From positions 1-64,000 of the forward strand of contig CAVPKM010000007.1 in the NCBI GenBank assembly GCA_963705725.1: DNA of 64,000 bases, given 5' to 3'. Of the stretch, positions 49,966 through 59,745 are shown piece by piece (the first letter of the stretch is position 1; every line of letters begins with the position of its first letter). Under the pieces are notes generated by a model. It was not told the origin of the DNA and ran no database searches. It worked only from the letters and a program-made list of their open reading frames with translations. The translations under genes and the position numbers were made by a program. This DNA is from an uncultured Gammaproteobacteria bacterium. GTDB lineage: Bacteria; Pseudomonadota; Gammaproteobacteria; UBA6002.

Positions 49966-51368
49966 CGACCTCCTTTTATCGTTCTGACATCGGTTAACTT
50001 TCCTGTAATTGCCGCGGCGGCGGCCATTGCTGGACTCATCAAATGCGTACGACCCCCGCGTCCTTGACGACCTTCAAAATTACGATTGGACGTTGATGCG
50101 CAACGCTCCCCTGGGTTTAAGCGGTCTGCATTCATGGCTAAACACATGGAACAACCAGGCTCTCGCCAATCAAAACCTGCGGCAATAAAAATTTTATCCA
50201 GCCCTTCTGCTTCGGCTTGCTCTTTCACAAGTCCTGAGCCAGGTACAACCATGGCATCAACCCTTTCGGCAACGGTGTGGCCTTGAATAACCAGGGCTGC
50301 CGCACGCAAATCCTCGATACGCGCATTGGTGCAGGAGCCGATAAATACCTTGTTTATTTTAATAGCTTGCAAAGGCATGCCAGGCGTCAAGCCCATGTAA
50401 TCTAGGGCACGCACCATGGAATCTCGTCTGATGGGATCAGATTCTTTCGATGGGTAGGGCACATGGCCATCAATTGGCAATGCTGTTTCAGGACTGGTTC
50501 CCCACGTTACATAAGGGGTAAGCATATCGGCTTGCAGCGAGATGTCTTTATCATATTTCGCATCAATATCTGCATGGAGAGTTCGCCAGAAATCAGTAGC
50601 TTTATCCCACAATACGCCTTGAGGCGAATAAGGTTTACCACGCAAGTAATCACAAGTTACCTGATCCGGGGCTATCAAACCGGCTCGTGCTCCGGCTTCT
50701 ATGGCCATATTACAAATGGTCATTCTGGCTTCCATTGACAGTGCCTTGATTGCAGAACCCGTGAATTCAATGACATGCCCGGTGCCACCTGCCGTCCCGA
50801 TCTTTGCGATGATCGCCAGAATGATATCTTTTGCCGTCACACCAAAAGGTATATTTCCCTCAACACAGACGCGCATGTTTTTTGATTTTTTTAATACCAG
50901 GGTTTGTGTTGCAAAAACATGCTCTACTTCGCTTGTTCCAATACCAAATGCCAAAGCACCAAAGGCACCGTGCGTTGAAGTATGGCTATCACCGCACACA
51001 ATAGTGGTACCTGGCAATGTAAAACCCTGCTCTGGCCCAATGATATGAACAATCCCTTGTCGTTTATCCAAAAGCTCAATGTAGTGGATCCCGTGTTGGT
51101 TACAATTGTCTTGCAACAGGCTAACTTGTACCCGAGACTCATCATCGATTATGCCCATGCGGCGATTGTGAGTAGGTACATTGTGGTCGCTAACAGCTAA
51201 AATGGTCTCCGGGCGCCGAATTTTTCGACCAGCAACGGCCAAGCCTTCAAACGCTTGTGGGCTGGTGACTTCATGAATCAAGTGTCTGTCAATATAAATA
51301 ATCGACGTGCAATCAGGTTTATCGCACACTTGATGTTGCTCCCAAATCTTGTCATATAACGTTTTCAT
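49962..51368 (-). CDS. leuC: 3-isopropylmalate dehydratase large subunit
   Basis: [58 protein letters not shown]. Confidence 0.97.
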   Translation of the reverse strand: MKTLYDKIWEQHQVCDKPDCTSIIYIDRHLIHEVTSPQAFEGLAVAGRKIRRPETILAVSDHNVPTHNRRMGIIDDESRVQVSLLQDNCNQHGIHYIELLDKRQGIVHIIGPEQGFTLPGTTIVCGDSHTSTHGAFGALAFGIGTSEVEHVFATQTLVLKKSKNMRVCVEGNIPFGVTAKDIILAIIAKIGTAGGTGHVIEFTGSAIKALSMEARMTICNMAIEAGARAGLIAPDQVTCDYLRGKPYSPQGVLWDKATDFWRTLHADIDAKYDKDISLQADMLTPYVTWGTSPETALPIDGHVPYPSKESDPIRRDSMVRALDYMGLTPGMPLQAIKINKVFIGSCTNARIEDLRAAALVIQGHTVAERVDAMVVPGSGLVKEQAEAEGLDKIFIAAGFDWREPGCSMCLAMNADRLNPGERCASTSNRNFEGRQGRGGRTHLMSPAMAAAAAITGKLTDVRTIKGGR

Positions 51369-53418
51369 CGTCACTCCCATTTTCCCTAACCAAATGTTCA
51401 TAGGCTTGAATAATGATTTTGGTTATCTTTCCTATCTCAAAACATCGATCGCCAATCTGTGAAACTGGTGTAACTTCAACCGCACTTCCCGTAATGAATA
51501 CCTCATTCGCATCCAGCACTTCATCAGGATATATATGACGTTCAATAACAGGGATATGATAGCATCGCGCAATCGCGATAACTGTCTGTCGCGTAATGCC
51601 ATTCAAAAAACAATCAGCAATGGGCGTGTGAATTACGCCGTTCTTAACCATAAAGAAATTAGCCCCCGTGCATTCAGCAACGTAGCCGCGATAATCCAGC
51701 ATCAAGGCGTCATGAAAACCGGCCTGTTCGGCTTTGTTCTTGCTCAAAGAACCAATCATATACAGCCCAGCTGCCTTTGCCGTGACCGGCGCCGTTGAAG
51801 GAGAGGGACGGGTCCAGTCGGACCACATTAGTTTCAATCCATGTTTCATGCTATTTTCATCGGAAAAATAGGATGTCCATTGCCAAGCTGCAATCGCCAC
51901 ATGGACGTTACACGAATGAGATGCAACACTCATGGTTTCCTCACCGCACCAGGCAATCGGTCGAATGTAAGCATCCTGCAAGTTATTTTTACGAATTATT
52001 TCTTCCGTAATGGCATTTAATTCAGCAACGGAATAAGGAATGTTAAATCCCAACTCATTGGCTGAATGATGCAAGCGTTCATTATGCTGATTCAACTTGA
52101 AGACCTTACCATTGTATGCGCGTGCACCTTCAAAAACCGCGCTAGCATAATGCAACCCATGAGTCAAAACAGAAACCTGTGCATCATTCCACGGGATGAA
52201 TTCACCGTCCATCCAGATCACGCCTTTTTGCTGATGAGTGATACTTTTAACCGGTGAGGTTTGTCCATCAATCAAAGCCATAATGTCAGCATCTGAAATA
52301 TCTTTCTGGGCATCGCCCAATGCTTTGAATTGTTTAAACAGCTTACTAAAAGCCTCGTCTTCAACATTGATTTTCAAGGTCGTTAATTTATTCCGAAATG
52401 CAGCGCGTCCTGAATGTTTGCCCATGCTCAATGTAGATTGCGTGATGCCAACGGATTCGGGCGTCATGATTTCATACGTTTCACGACACTTCAGCATGCC
52501 ATCCTGGTGAATACCAGATTCATGCGCAAATGCATTTGCACCGACAATAGCCTTGTTTTTTTGCACCACAAACCCACTCGCCGCTGAAACCAGTTTGGAA
52601 ATTTCAGCGATGTAGGTTGGATCAATGTTTATCGTGAAAGGAAACTGATCCTGTCTGGTTTTAATGGCCATGACAATTTCTTCCAGCGCAGCATTCCCTG
52701 CGCGTTCTCCAATGCCATTAATAGTGCATTCAATTTGCCGGGCACCCGCACTGATTGCAGCCAGTGAATTGGCAACAGCCATCCCCAGATCATTATGACA
52801 ATGGACAGACAGAATGGCTTTATCGATATTTGGCACCTTATTTTTGATTACTTTGATCAAATCACTGTATTCAATTGGAGTAGAATATCCAACCGTATCT
52901 GGAATATTGATGGTTCTTGCCCCAGCCTGAATGGCAATTTCAACAGCGCGCGTTAGAAAATCGATGTTTGACCGCGTTGCATCCATTGCAGACCACTCAA
53001 CGTCATCACAATAATGTCGTGCTGCACGAACTGATGTCTGAATTGCGTCCAATGCCTCATCATGGGTCATTCTGAACTGATGTTTCAAATGCATATCGGA
53101 TGTGGAAATGAACGTATGAATTCTCGGCCGCGCAGCTGATTTAACAGCGTGACCAGCAGCTTCAATATCCGCAATTTTTGCCCTTGCCAAGCTACTCACC
53201 GTTGCATTTTTTACCATCTTGCAAATCTGTTCAATGCATTGAAAATCACCCGTTGATGCGGCAGCAAACCCAGCTTCAATCACATCGACACCCATGCAAT
53301 CCAATGCACTAGCAATTTCAATTTTCTGACTCATCGTCATCGTGGCGCCAGGAGCTTGTTCTCCATCCCTCAATGTTGTATCCAGTATCATAATTTTATT
53401 TTGTGTATTCTGTTTCAT
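51352..53418 (-). CDS. leuA: Fusion of 2-isopropylmalate synthase (no C-terminal regulatory domain) and branched-chain aminotransferase (LeuA-IlvE)
   Basis: [41 protein letters not shown], then in frame [28 protein letters not shown] (PLP Lys), LNGITR, EVFITGS; GAGG before ATG 53418. Confidence 0.9.
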   Translation of the reverse strand: MKQNTQNKIMILDTTLRDGEQAPGATMTMSQKIEIASALDCMGVDVIEAGFAAASTGDFQCIEQICKMVKNATVSSLARAKIADIEAAGHAVKSAARPRIHTFISTSDMHLKHQFRMTHDEALDAIQTSVRAARHYCDDVEWSAMDATRSNIDFLTRAVEIAIQAGARTINIPDTVGYSTPIEYSDLIKVIKNKVPNIDKAILSVHCHNDLGMAVANSLAAISAGARQIECTINGIGERAGNAALEEIVMAIKTRQDQFPFTINIDPTYIAEISKLVSAASGFVVQKNKAIVGANAFAHESGIHQDGMLKCRETYEIMTPESVGITQSTLSMGKHSGRAAFRNKLTTLKINVEDEAFSKLFKQFKALGDAQKDISDADIMALIDGQTSPVKSITHQQKGVIWMDGEFIPWNDAQVSVLTHGLHYASAVFEGARAYNGKVFKLNQHNERLHHSANELGFNIPYSVAELNAITEEIIRKNNLQDAYIRPIAWCGEETMSVASHSCNVHVAIAAWQWTSYFSDENSMKHGLKLMWSDWTRPSPSTAPVTAKAAGLYMIGSLSKNKAEQAGFHDALMLDYRGYVAECTGANFFMVKNGVIHTPIADCFLNGITRQTVIAIARCYHIPVIERHIYPDEVLDANEVFITGSAVEVTPVSQIGDRCFEIGKITKIIIQAYEHLVRENGSDDENVI

Positions 53419-53597
53419 GCTATTTACCTCTTTTCGAAGATAAAAAACCATTTTAACAAATTATGATTGAAAGATGGTTGCGATCATTGCTTGAAAATGG
53501 GGGATAAAGGAAATATAATTTCAATTATAATTGTTTATTTGAAATTAAATTCTAAATAACTGATTTTTCAAAGAAAGGGCAGGGGTGGCATTTTTTT

Positions 53598-54080
53598 ATG
53601 GATCGCATTGACAAAAAAATTTTAGAGCTATTGCAAGCAAATGGTCGCATCAGTAATCAGGAATTAGCAGATCAGGTGGCACTATCACCCTCACCCTGTT
53701 TACGTCGTGTTAAACAACTGGAAGAAGACGGTTACATCCGTGGCTATGTTGCATTACTCGACCCCGCTAAAATAGGGTTGCAATTGACAATTATAGTCTC
53801 GGTGACCCTGGTTAACCATGATCCAAAAGTAATGAAGCACTTTGAGGCTACAGTCGCCGCCTTCCCAGAAGTAATACAATGCTATCTCATTACAGGACAA
53901 TCTGCCGATTACCTTATAAAGGTGGTAGTCGCTAATCTGAACGAATATCAATCTTTTTTATTAAAAAAGCTAACAATTATTGATGGTGTCAATCAGGTGC
54001 ACTCCAGTTTTGTTTTGCAACGCATCGTTGATAGAACATCACTCCCACTGGATCATTTGAATGAGCAGCCTGGTAACTAA
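53598..54080 (+). CDS. Lrp/AsnC family transcriptional regulator
   Basis: DRIDKKILELLQANGRISNQELADQVALSPSPCLRRVKQLEEDGYI; divergent from the leu operon. Confidence 0.95.
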   Translation: MDRIDKKILELLQANGRISNQELADQVALSPSPCLRRVKQLEEDGYIRGYVALLDPAKIGLQLTIIVSVTLVNHDPKVMKHFEATVAAFPEVIQCYLITGQSADYLIKVVVANLNEYQSFLLKKLTIIDGVNQVHSSFVLQRIVDRTSLPLDHLNEQPGN

Positions 54081-54084
54081 CGAA

Positions 54085-54125
54085 TGGTTTTTTAGGACCA
54101 TAGCGGAGGCTAAGCGGGAAAGGCG
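54085..54125 (+). repeat. Direct repeat B (left boundary of hipBA)
   Basis: 39/41 identical to 55802..55842, including the exact 29-mer ACCATAGCGGAGGCTAAGCGGGAAAGGCG. Confidence 0.92.
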
Positions 54126-54148
54126 AAAAAACTTTAATGAGAAGGTGC

Positions 54149-55477
54149 TTATGCTTCAAGCTTTTTCTTTACTTCGAGCATGCCTTCAAAAATCGGTTGG
54201 TAAATTTGTGTAGGAAAGGTACTTGGTAGTTGTGATTCTACCTTACTAATTACTTGATCAACCCTTGCGAGCAGGCTATCGATGAGAACTGAGGCAGTAG
54301 CCATTGAATAATTTGCAGCTTTTGCTGTCATTAAGAAATGACGGCGTTGTAGAGTATGCCAAGAATAATGGTTATTATTTCCTTTTAGTGCCATTGCCAT
54401 TTTTAATTTTTGTTTCGCTAGTTGCTTCTTTGCAACTAATGGGTAGGCAGATATGATGTCGTATAAGGGGGTGAGGCGGTATCTCCCGCCAGCTTCTAAA
54501 AAAATGCTGAAATTTTTTGCGTGACCATCAATTGCCCCGAGTAACCAAAATAATATTTGAGATTTAAAAAATATTTCACGATCATCATTGGAGTTATCTG
54601 ACCCTAGCAAGGTATCCATTATTTGAGATATTCCCGGACCTCCTTCAGATTGATATTTTATGCTAGGAGAGATGCCCTGCGTTTGGCACATGTCCTCTTG
54701 AGGTAATCGCATTATCCAGCTTTTATCGCTTGATAATCCGCGGTCAAATCGTTCGACGATTAATACTTTTACCTCTTCAAATTTACGTATACTAGTTTTT
54801 GCAACGGGCAAATCAAATGCTTCTGCAATTTTAGAGCATAACCACTCATTTTCACAGCTATCGCCTAGGTCCATTTGCTGATGCTGAAGATATCCAATTG
54901 GCAATTTAAAGATATGTGTTGTTGGTGTGGTATTAAGGGGCCGACACCATTCTTTTTTATAGAAAAGAAATGCTGTTTTTTCTTGTGCTCCCGCAATTGA
55001 AATACGAAATGCGTCATTTTTACCCTTCATACCAAGAGGGTAGAGCTGGTGATTTCTAAGTAATGCGGCTATTTGCGCTTCTGTCAATACTTCATATTGT
55101 ATTTCTCTTTTAAAGCTTTGAACTTCTTCCGTAACCATTTGAATAGCGCCTACACAATCTTTCCCTATGCTTGCTAATAAATCAAAAGGATGTGTCGTTG
55201 CCGTTTGAAATTCAGCCTGTATTCTTGCTCGTACTTGTGGATTTTCAGGAAGTAAATTATCAAAAAAATTATAAACAATATCCCCTGAAAAAACCTTGTT
55301 ACTGAGTGGGAGAGATAAGGATATAGAGCGCGCCGCTGATGTTTCCAGCCATTCTTGAGTATATTGATATATCAGTGCGCCTTTTGAAGTTTTTGTTAGC
55401 CTGCCGATTAATTTCCCATTCATTAATATATAAAGTATTCTGGTCTTATTTTTATTTGCTACCACTCTTCTTTCCAT
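54149..55477 (-). CDS. hipA: HipA family Ser/Thr kinase toxin
   Basis: SLSLPL..FFDNLLPE, ISIAGAQEKTA, THIFKLP, ENEW, DGHAKNFS, LTPLYD; start may be GTG 55465. Confidence 0.95.
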   Translation of the reverse strand: MERRVVANKNKTRILYILMNGKLIGRLTKTSKGALIYQYTQEWLETSAARSISLSLPLSNKVFSGDIVYNFFDNLLPENPQVRARIQAEFQTATTHPFDLLASIGKDCVGAIQMVTEEVQSFKREIQYEVLTEAQIAALLRNHQLYPLGMKGKNDAFRISIAGAQEKTAFLFYKKEWCRPLNTTPTTHIFKLPIGYLQHQQMDLGDSCENEWLCSKIAEAFDLPVAKTSIRKFEEVKVLIVERFDRGLSSDKSWIMRLPQEDMCQTQGISPSIKYQSEGGPGISQIMDTLLGSDNSNDDREIFFKSQILFWLLGAIDGHAKNFSIFLEAGGRYRLTPLYDIISAYPLVAKKQLAKQKLKMAMALKGNNNHYSWHTLQRRHFLMTAKAANYSMATASVLIDSLLARVDQVISKVESQLPSTFPTQIYQPIFEGMLEVKKKLEA

Positions 55478-55716
55478 TCTGTTTTATCATGCCCCTCTTT
55501 TGCTTCTTTTGGTAAGATTTGAATGTCAAGATCTAAAGCGGAAAGTATTCTAAAAAAAGTAGCCAGCTCTGTCCTTTGTGGTTTTACTTCAAACTGAGAA
55601 ACAGTTTGCTGCTTTAGGCCAACTCTTTGGCCTAATTCTGTCTGGCTTAACTTAAGTTTTTTACGTCTGTCCGTTAAATAAACGGCCAAGTCATTAGGTG
55701 AATGAACAAACATCAT
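55459..55716 (-). CDS. hipB: HipB-like HTH antitoxin
   Basis: SPNDLAVYLTDRRKKLKLSQTELGQRVGLKQQTVSQFE; ends in Trp like E. coli HipB; overlaps hipA. Confidence 0.92.
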   Translation of the reverse strand: MMFVHSPNDLAVYLTDRRKKLKLSQTELGQRVGLKQQTVSQFEVKPQRTELATFFRILSALDLDIQILPKEAKEGHDKTEWKEEW

Positions 55717-55730
55717 TTCTCTCCATAAAT

Positions 55731-55803
55731 TACCCTTTATAGCATGTATTTTTAATTTTACCCCTTATAAAGGGTAATTTCAACTTACCCTTTATAAGGG
55801 GTG
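55731..55803. promoter_or_regulatory. Three candidate HipB operators TACCC-N8-GGGTA
   Basis: 55731 TACCCtttatagcATGTA; 55759 TACCCcttataaaGGGTA; 55786 TACCCtttataagGGGTG; same geometry as E. coli TATCC-N8-GGATA. Confidence 0.8.
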
Positions 55804-55945
55804 GTTTTTTGGTACCATAGCGGAGGCTAAGCGGGAAAGGCGCTATTGCTAATATAATTAGAATAATCAATAATATAGCAATCATATTAAACGCGCATTT
55901 TTTATAAAATAATAGTATTTTTCATCTCGTATTATTAGTTTTTTT
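55802..55945 (+). repeat. Direct repeat C (right boundary of the island)
   Basis: First 41 bp match repeat B; 55823..55945 match repeat A. Confidence 0.9.
55823..55885 (-). pseudogene. Truncated, frameshifted second copy of the DUF3309 gene
   Basis: MIAILLIILIILAI, then a 1-base deletion (GGCGC vs GGCGCC); RBS degenerated. Confidence 0.8.
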
Positions 55946-56011
55946 GTTTATTTCTGTTAGCAGAACCCTAGCTGACGAGTTGTGAGGTTTTTTAATGAAG
56001 AGTGAGCACAG

Positions 56012-56740
56012 ATGTTGACCTTGCTGTATAAATTCGCTGCACCCAAGTACTTTTTTACTGCTTCGGCTAAGTTATTGCCTCTATTAATAGTCATGTGCTG
56101 TATAACACTTGGATATGGTTTAGTCGGAGGATTATATCTCGCTCCGGCGGACTATCAGCAAGGTGAAGTATTTCGAATTATCTATGTTCATGTGCCAAGT
56201 GCCGTACTATCATTAGCGATTTATCTGATAATGGCAATTTTTGCAGGAATTGGCCTGATTTGGCGCATTAAAATTGCAAAGATCATTTTTACAGAAAGTG
56301 CACCAATTGGGATATCTTTTACTTTTTTGGCGCTGTTAACTGGTGCGTTATGGGGGCAGCCAACATGGGGGACGTGGTGGTTGTGGGATGCGCGGCTCAC
56401 ATCAGAATTAATTCTGCTTTTACTGTATTTTGCCATTCTTACGCTTCAATCAGCAATTGAGGATAAAGATAAAGCGATAAAAGCAAGTAGTTTGTTAGCG
56501 TTGGTGGGAGTGGTAGATCTGCCGATTATCCATTATTCAGTATATTGGTGGAACACCCTTCATCAGAAAGCCACCATTTTGAAACTGCATGCACCTTCTA
56601 TGGATTTGTCAATGCTATATCCATTATTATCAATGATATTGGCTTTTTTCTTATTTTATATTATTGTGTTGCTACTTCGTTCACGCAATGCGCTCCTTGT
56701 GCATGAAAAACAAGCGCAATGGATTAAACAAACGTTATAA
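56012..56740 (+). CDS. ccmC: Heme exporter protein C
   Basis: RIIYVHVP, WGQPTWGTWWLWDARLTS, IIHYSVYWWNTLHQ. Confidence 0.96.
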   Translation: MLTLLYKFAAPKYFFTASAKLLPLLIVMCCITLGYGLVGGLYLAPADYQQGEVFRIIYVHVPSAVLSLAIYLIMAIFAGIGLIWRIKIAKIIFTESAPIGISFTFLALLTGALWGQPTWGTWWLWDARLTSELILLLLYFAILTLQSAIEDKDKAIKASSLLALVGVVDLPIIHYSVYWWNTLHQKATILKLHAPSMDLSMLYPLLSMILAFFLFYIIVLLLRSRNALLVHEKQAQWIKQTL

Positions 56741-56743
56741 ATA

Positions 56744-56896
56744 ATGAAAACAATAGTTTCTTTTCTATCAATGAATGGTTATGGGTTTTTTGTCTGGACA
56801 TCTTATTCCCTCATGGCTGTTATTTTAATTTTTAATTTAACTGTGCCGTTATATAAATTTAAACAATTAAAAAACGAACTACGAGGCAAGTGTTGA
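56744..56896 (+). CDS. ccmD: Heme exporter protein D (50 aa, missed by the ORF track)
   Basis: MKTIVSFLSMNGYGFFVWTSYSLMAVILIFNLTVPLYKFKQLKNELRGKC; MxGYxxFVWxSY motif; between ccmC and ccmE. Confidence 0.88.
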   Translation: MKTIVSFLSMNGYGFFVWTSYSLMAVILIFNLTVPLYKFKQLKNELRGKC

Positions 56897-57291
56897 ATAT
56901 AAAGCGAAGGAGGCGCTTAATATTAATCGTCTTGATGGTTCTAGGAGTAGGTTGTTCTACCAGCTTAGTCTTAGTCGCCTTGAATAAAAATATTAATTTA
57001 TATTATACTCCAAGCCAAATAAATCAAAAAAACCTTCCTAAAACGCGTTTGCGCCTAGGTGGATTAGTGAAAAATGGCAGTATCCATAGAGCAGGTGACA
57101 CGCTCAAAATTAATTTTATTGTTACTGATAATAAGCATGAAATTTCTGTCGTCTATGTGGGTATCCTTCCTGCTTTATTTCGAGAAGGACAGGGTGTGGT
57201 GGTCGAGGGTGAGTTCCTCAATCAGCACTTTATTGCCAAGCAAGTGTTGGCAAAACATGATGAAAACTATCGGCCGCCAGGCTTAAAATAG
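56890..57291 (+). CDS. ccmE: Cytochrome c maturation heme chaperone
   Basis: RLGGLV, LPALFREGQGVVVEG, LAKHDENY. Confidence 0.95.
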   Translation: MLNIKRRRRLILIVLMVLGVGCSTSLVLVALNKNINLYYTPSQINQKNLPKTRLRLGGLVKNGSIHRAGDTLKINFIVTDNKHEISVVYVGILPALFREGQGVVVEGEFLNQHFIAKQVLAKHDENYRPPGLK

Positions 57292-57301
57292 TGATGTAAA
57301 T

Positions 57302-59203
57302 ATGATTCCAGAAATAGGCCATTTTTGTTTAATCCTTGCTCTTTGCTTGGCAGTGATTCAAGCAATTTTGTCGATGACGGGAACAATTAAATCTCAGCCA
57401 TTGTGGGTTAAAATTGGCAAATCAGCCGCATTTGGCCAACTCTTTTTTTTAATTTCCTGCTTTTTTCTTCTCACTTATTCCTTCATAACCAATGATTTTT
57501 CAGTTGCTTATGTGGCACAAAATTCAAATAGCGCTCTGCCTTGGTTTTATCGGCTTTGTGCTAGCTGGGGAGCGCATGAGGGTTCTTTGCTGCTTTGGGT
57601 ATTGGTTCTTGCAGGCTGGACTGTCTCGTTTTGCCTGTTTGGATCAAAAAAAATAGATCAATTAAGCGGGTTAGTCGTTTCCATTCTAGGATTCGTCAGT
57701 ATAGGATTTTTACTTTTTTTACTGTTGACTTCCAACCCATTTCTTCGCTTATTACCAGATGCGCCGATTAATGGCAGAGATTTGAATCCACTTTTACAAG
57801 ATCCTGGGTTAATTATTCATCCTCCTATTTTATATATGGGATATGTAGGATTTGCCATTGCTTTTGCCTTTGCGCTTTCTGCCTTAATTAGCGGCAAGTT
57901 TGATGCAAACTGGGCAAGACAGGCAAGACCTTGGACATTAGTGGCTTGGAGTTTCTTAACATTGGGCATCACGCTTGGCAGTTGGTGGGCCTATCGTGTC
58001 CTTGGTTGGGGCGGGTGGTGGTTTTGGGACCCGGTCGAAAATGCTTCCTTCTTACCTTGGTTATCTGGCACTGCCTTGTTTCATTCCTTGCTCGTTGTCG
58101 AAAAACGAGAGACCTTTAAGGCCTGGGCAATCTTGTTAGCGGTGTGCACTTTTTCTCTTAGCCTAATTGGAACATTTTTAGTTCGATCCGGTATATTAGT
58201 TTCAGTTCATGCCTTTGCAGTCGACCCCACACGTGGTACCTTTGTGCTTTATTTCTTAGCAATTGTCATCGGGGGTTCCTTGCTTTTGTATGCCTTGCGT
58301 GGAAATAAAATTATTAATAGCGGGATATTTGGATGGTGGTCGAAAGAAACATTCTTATTGACGAATAATATTTTATTTACCGTTGCCATGTTAACAGTGC
58401 TTCTTGGCACAATTTATCCACTTATTATTGATGGTCTGGGTCTTGGGAAGTTATCAGTCGGGCCGCCTTATTTTAATACAGTTTTTGTTCCACTTATGAT
58501 ACCTGTTTTGTTTTTGATGGCATTTGCACCTGCAATTCATTGGGAAACGGCCAAACCAATACTGATCATTAAGCGGTTTAAATATTCACTGTTGGTTTCA
58601 ATCCTCCTTTCTATTAGCTTGCCGGTGATTATCACAAGGAAAATTCATTTAACGCTTGCGATCGGTCTTTTTTTAGCATTTTGGGTAGTGTTAGCGTCCC
58701 TGCAAAATCAAATACATGCCAACAAAAAAATAATGACACGTCGTTATGGAATGTTATTGGCGCATCTGGGTTTTGCGGTTTGTACGATAGGCGTCATCCT
58801 AACTTCTGCATATAGTGATCAACGTGATTTAAGCATGCAGTTAAAAGATTCGACAAGAATCGGTCCTTATCTGATTTCCTTCAATAGAATGGAAGAATAC
58901 CGTGGACCTAATTATTCTGCCTATCGGGGAGAATTTATAGCAACGCAGGGACATCAAATCTATCGGTTATTGCCGGAATTGCGGTTATTTCACGCACAAC
59001 AAATAAGTCTGCCAAAGGCGGCTATTCACAAACAATTATTTCATGATCTTTATATTTCATTAGGAGAACCTCTGCAAAATCAAGCTTGGTCAATGCGAAT
59101 TTATTATAAGCCATTTGTTCGCTGGATTTGGGTAGGAGGGATAATGATGATGTTGGGCGGAGTCGTGAGTGCATGGCAACTACGTAAAGTAAAAGGTCCA
59201 TGA
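57302..59203 (+). CDS. ccmF: Heme lyase
   Basis: WGAHEGSLLLW, LNPLLQDPG..HPP, WGGWWFWDPVENAS, SVHAFA. Confidence 0.97.
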   Translation: MIPEIGHFCLILALCLAVIQAILSMTGTIKSQPLWVKIGKSAAFGQLFFLISCFFLLTYSFITNDFSVAYVAQNSNSALPWFYRLCASWGAHEGSLLLWVLVLAGWTVSFCLFGSKKIDQLSGLVVSILGFVSIGFLLFLLLTSNPFLRLLPDAPINGRDLNPLLQDPGLIIHPPILYMGYVGFAIAFAFALSALISGKFDANWARQARPWTLVAWSFLTLGITLGSWWAYRVLGWGGWWFWDPVENASFLPWLSGTALFHSLLVVEKRETFKAWAILLAVCTFSLSLIGTFLVRSGILVSVHAFAVDPTRGTFVLYFLAIVIGGSLLLYALRGNKIINSGIFGWWSKETFLLTNNILFTVAMLTVLLGTIYPLIIDGLGLGKLSVGPPYFNTVFVPLMIPVLFLMAFAPAIHWETAKPILIIKRFKYSLLVSILLSISLPVIITRKIHLTLAIGLFLAFWVVLASLQNQIHANKKIMTRRYGMLLAHLGFAVCTIGVILTSAYSDQRDLSMQLKDSTRIGPYLISFNRMEEYRGPNYSAYRGEFIATQGHQIYRLLPELRLFHAQQISLPKAAIHKQLFHDLYISLGEPLQNQAWSMRIYYKPFVRWIWVGGIMMMLGGVVSAWQLRKVKGP

Positions 59204-59745
59204 AAAAATTACAATACCTCTTACCCTTCATTTTTTTTGTTGGATTAATTATTTTATTCAAATATGGATTAATGCAAGATCCTAATTATTTACCTTCCGT
59301 AATGATTGGGAAACCGGTTCCTGCTTTCAGTGCAGAAACATTGGATCAAAAAAAAACGCAAATAACTGAAAATATATTTAAAGGAGACATCACTTTATTA
59401 AATGTTTGGGCTTCTTGGTGTCAAAATTGTCAAATGGAGCATCCTCTTCTCATTGATCTTGCTAAAAGTGGCCGGCTCAAATTATACAGTTTGAATTATA
59501 AAGATAAGCGTATTGCAGCAACTTCTTTCTTGCTCGAAATGGGCAATCCCTATCAAGCAACGATTTTTGATCCGGAAGCTAAGGTCTCCATGCAATTAGG
59601 TGTTTATGGTACTCCCGAAACATTTTTAATTGATAAACAAGGGATGATTCGCTATCGCTATGTCGGTCCGCTTACCCTTGCTAAAATAGAAAATGATTTG
59701 TTGCCGCGTATTAAACAACTTGAAGAGGAAGGCAGAAAAAAATGA
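59200..59745 (+). CDS. ccmG: Thiol:disulfide interchange protein DsbE/CcmG
   Basis: LLNVWASWCQNC, GVYGTPETFLID. Confidence 0.94.
   Translation: MKKLQYLLPFIFFVGLIILFKYGLMQDPNYLPSVMIGKPVPAFSAETLDQKKTQITENIFKGDITLLNVWASWCQNCQMEHPLLIDLAKSGRLKLYSLNYKDKRIAATSFLLEMGNPYQATIFDPEAKVSMQLGVYGTPETFLIDKQGMIRYRYVGPLTLAKIENDLLPRIKQLEEEGRKK

Noticed and set aside
48260-55801. Prophage, integron or composite transposon as the island type
   Set aside because: No phage genes, integrase, transposase, attC-like palindromes or terminal inverted repeats; only direct repeats are supported.
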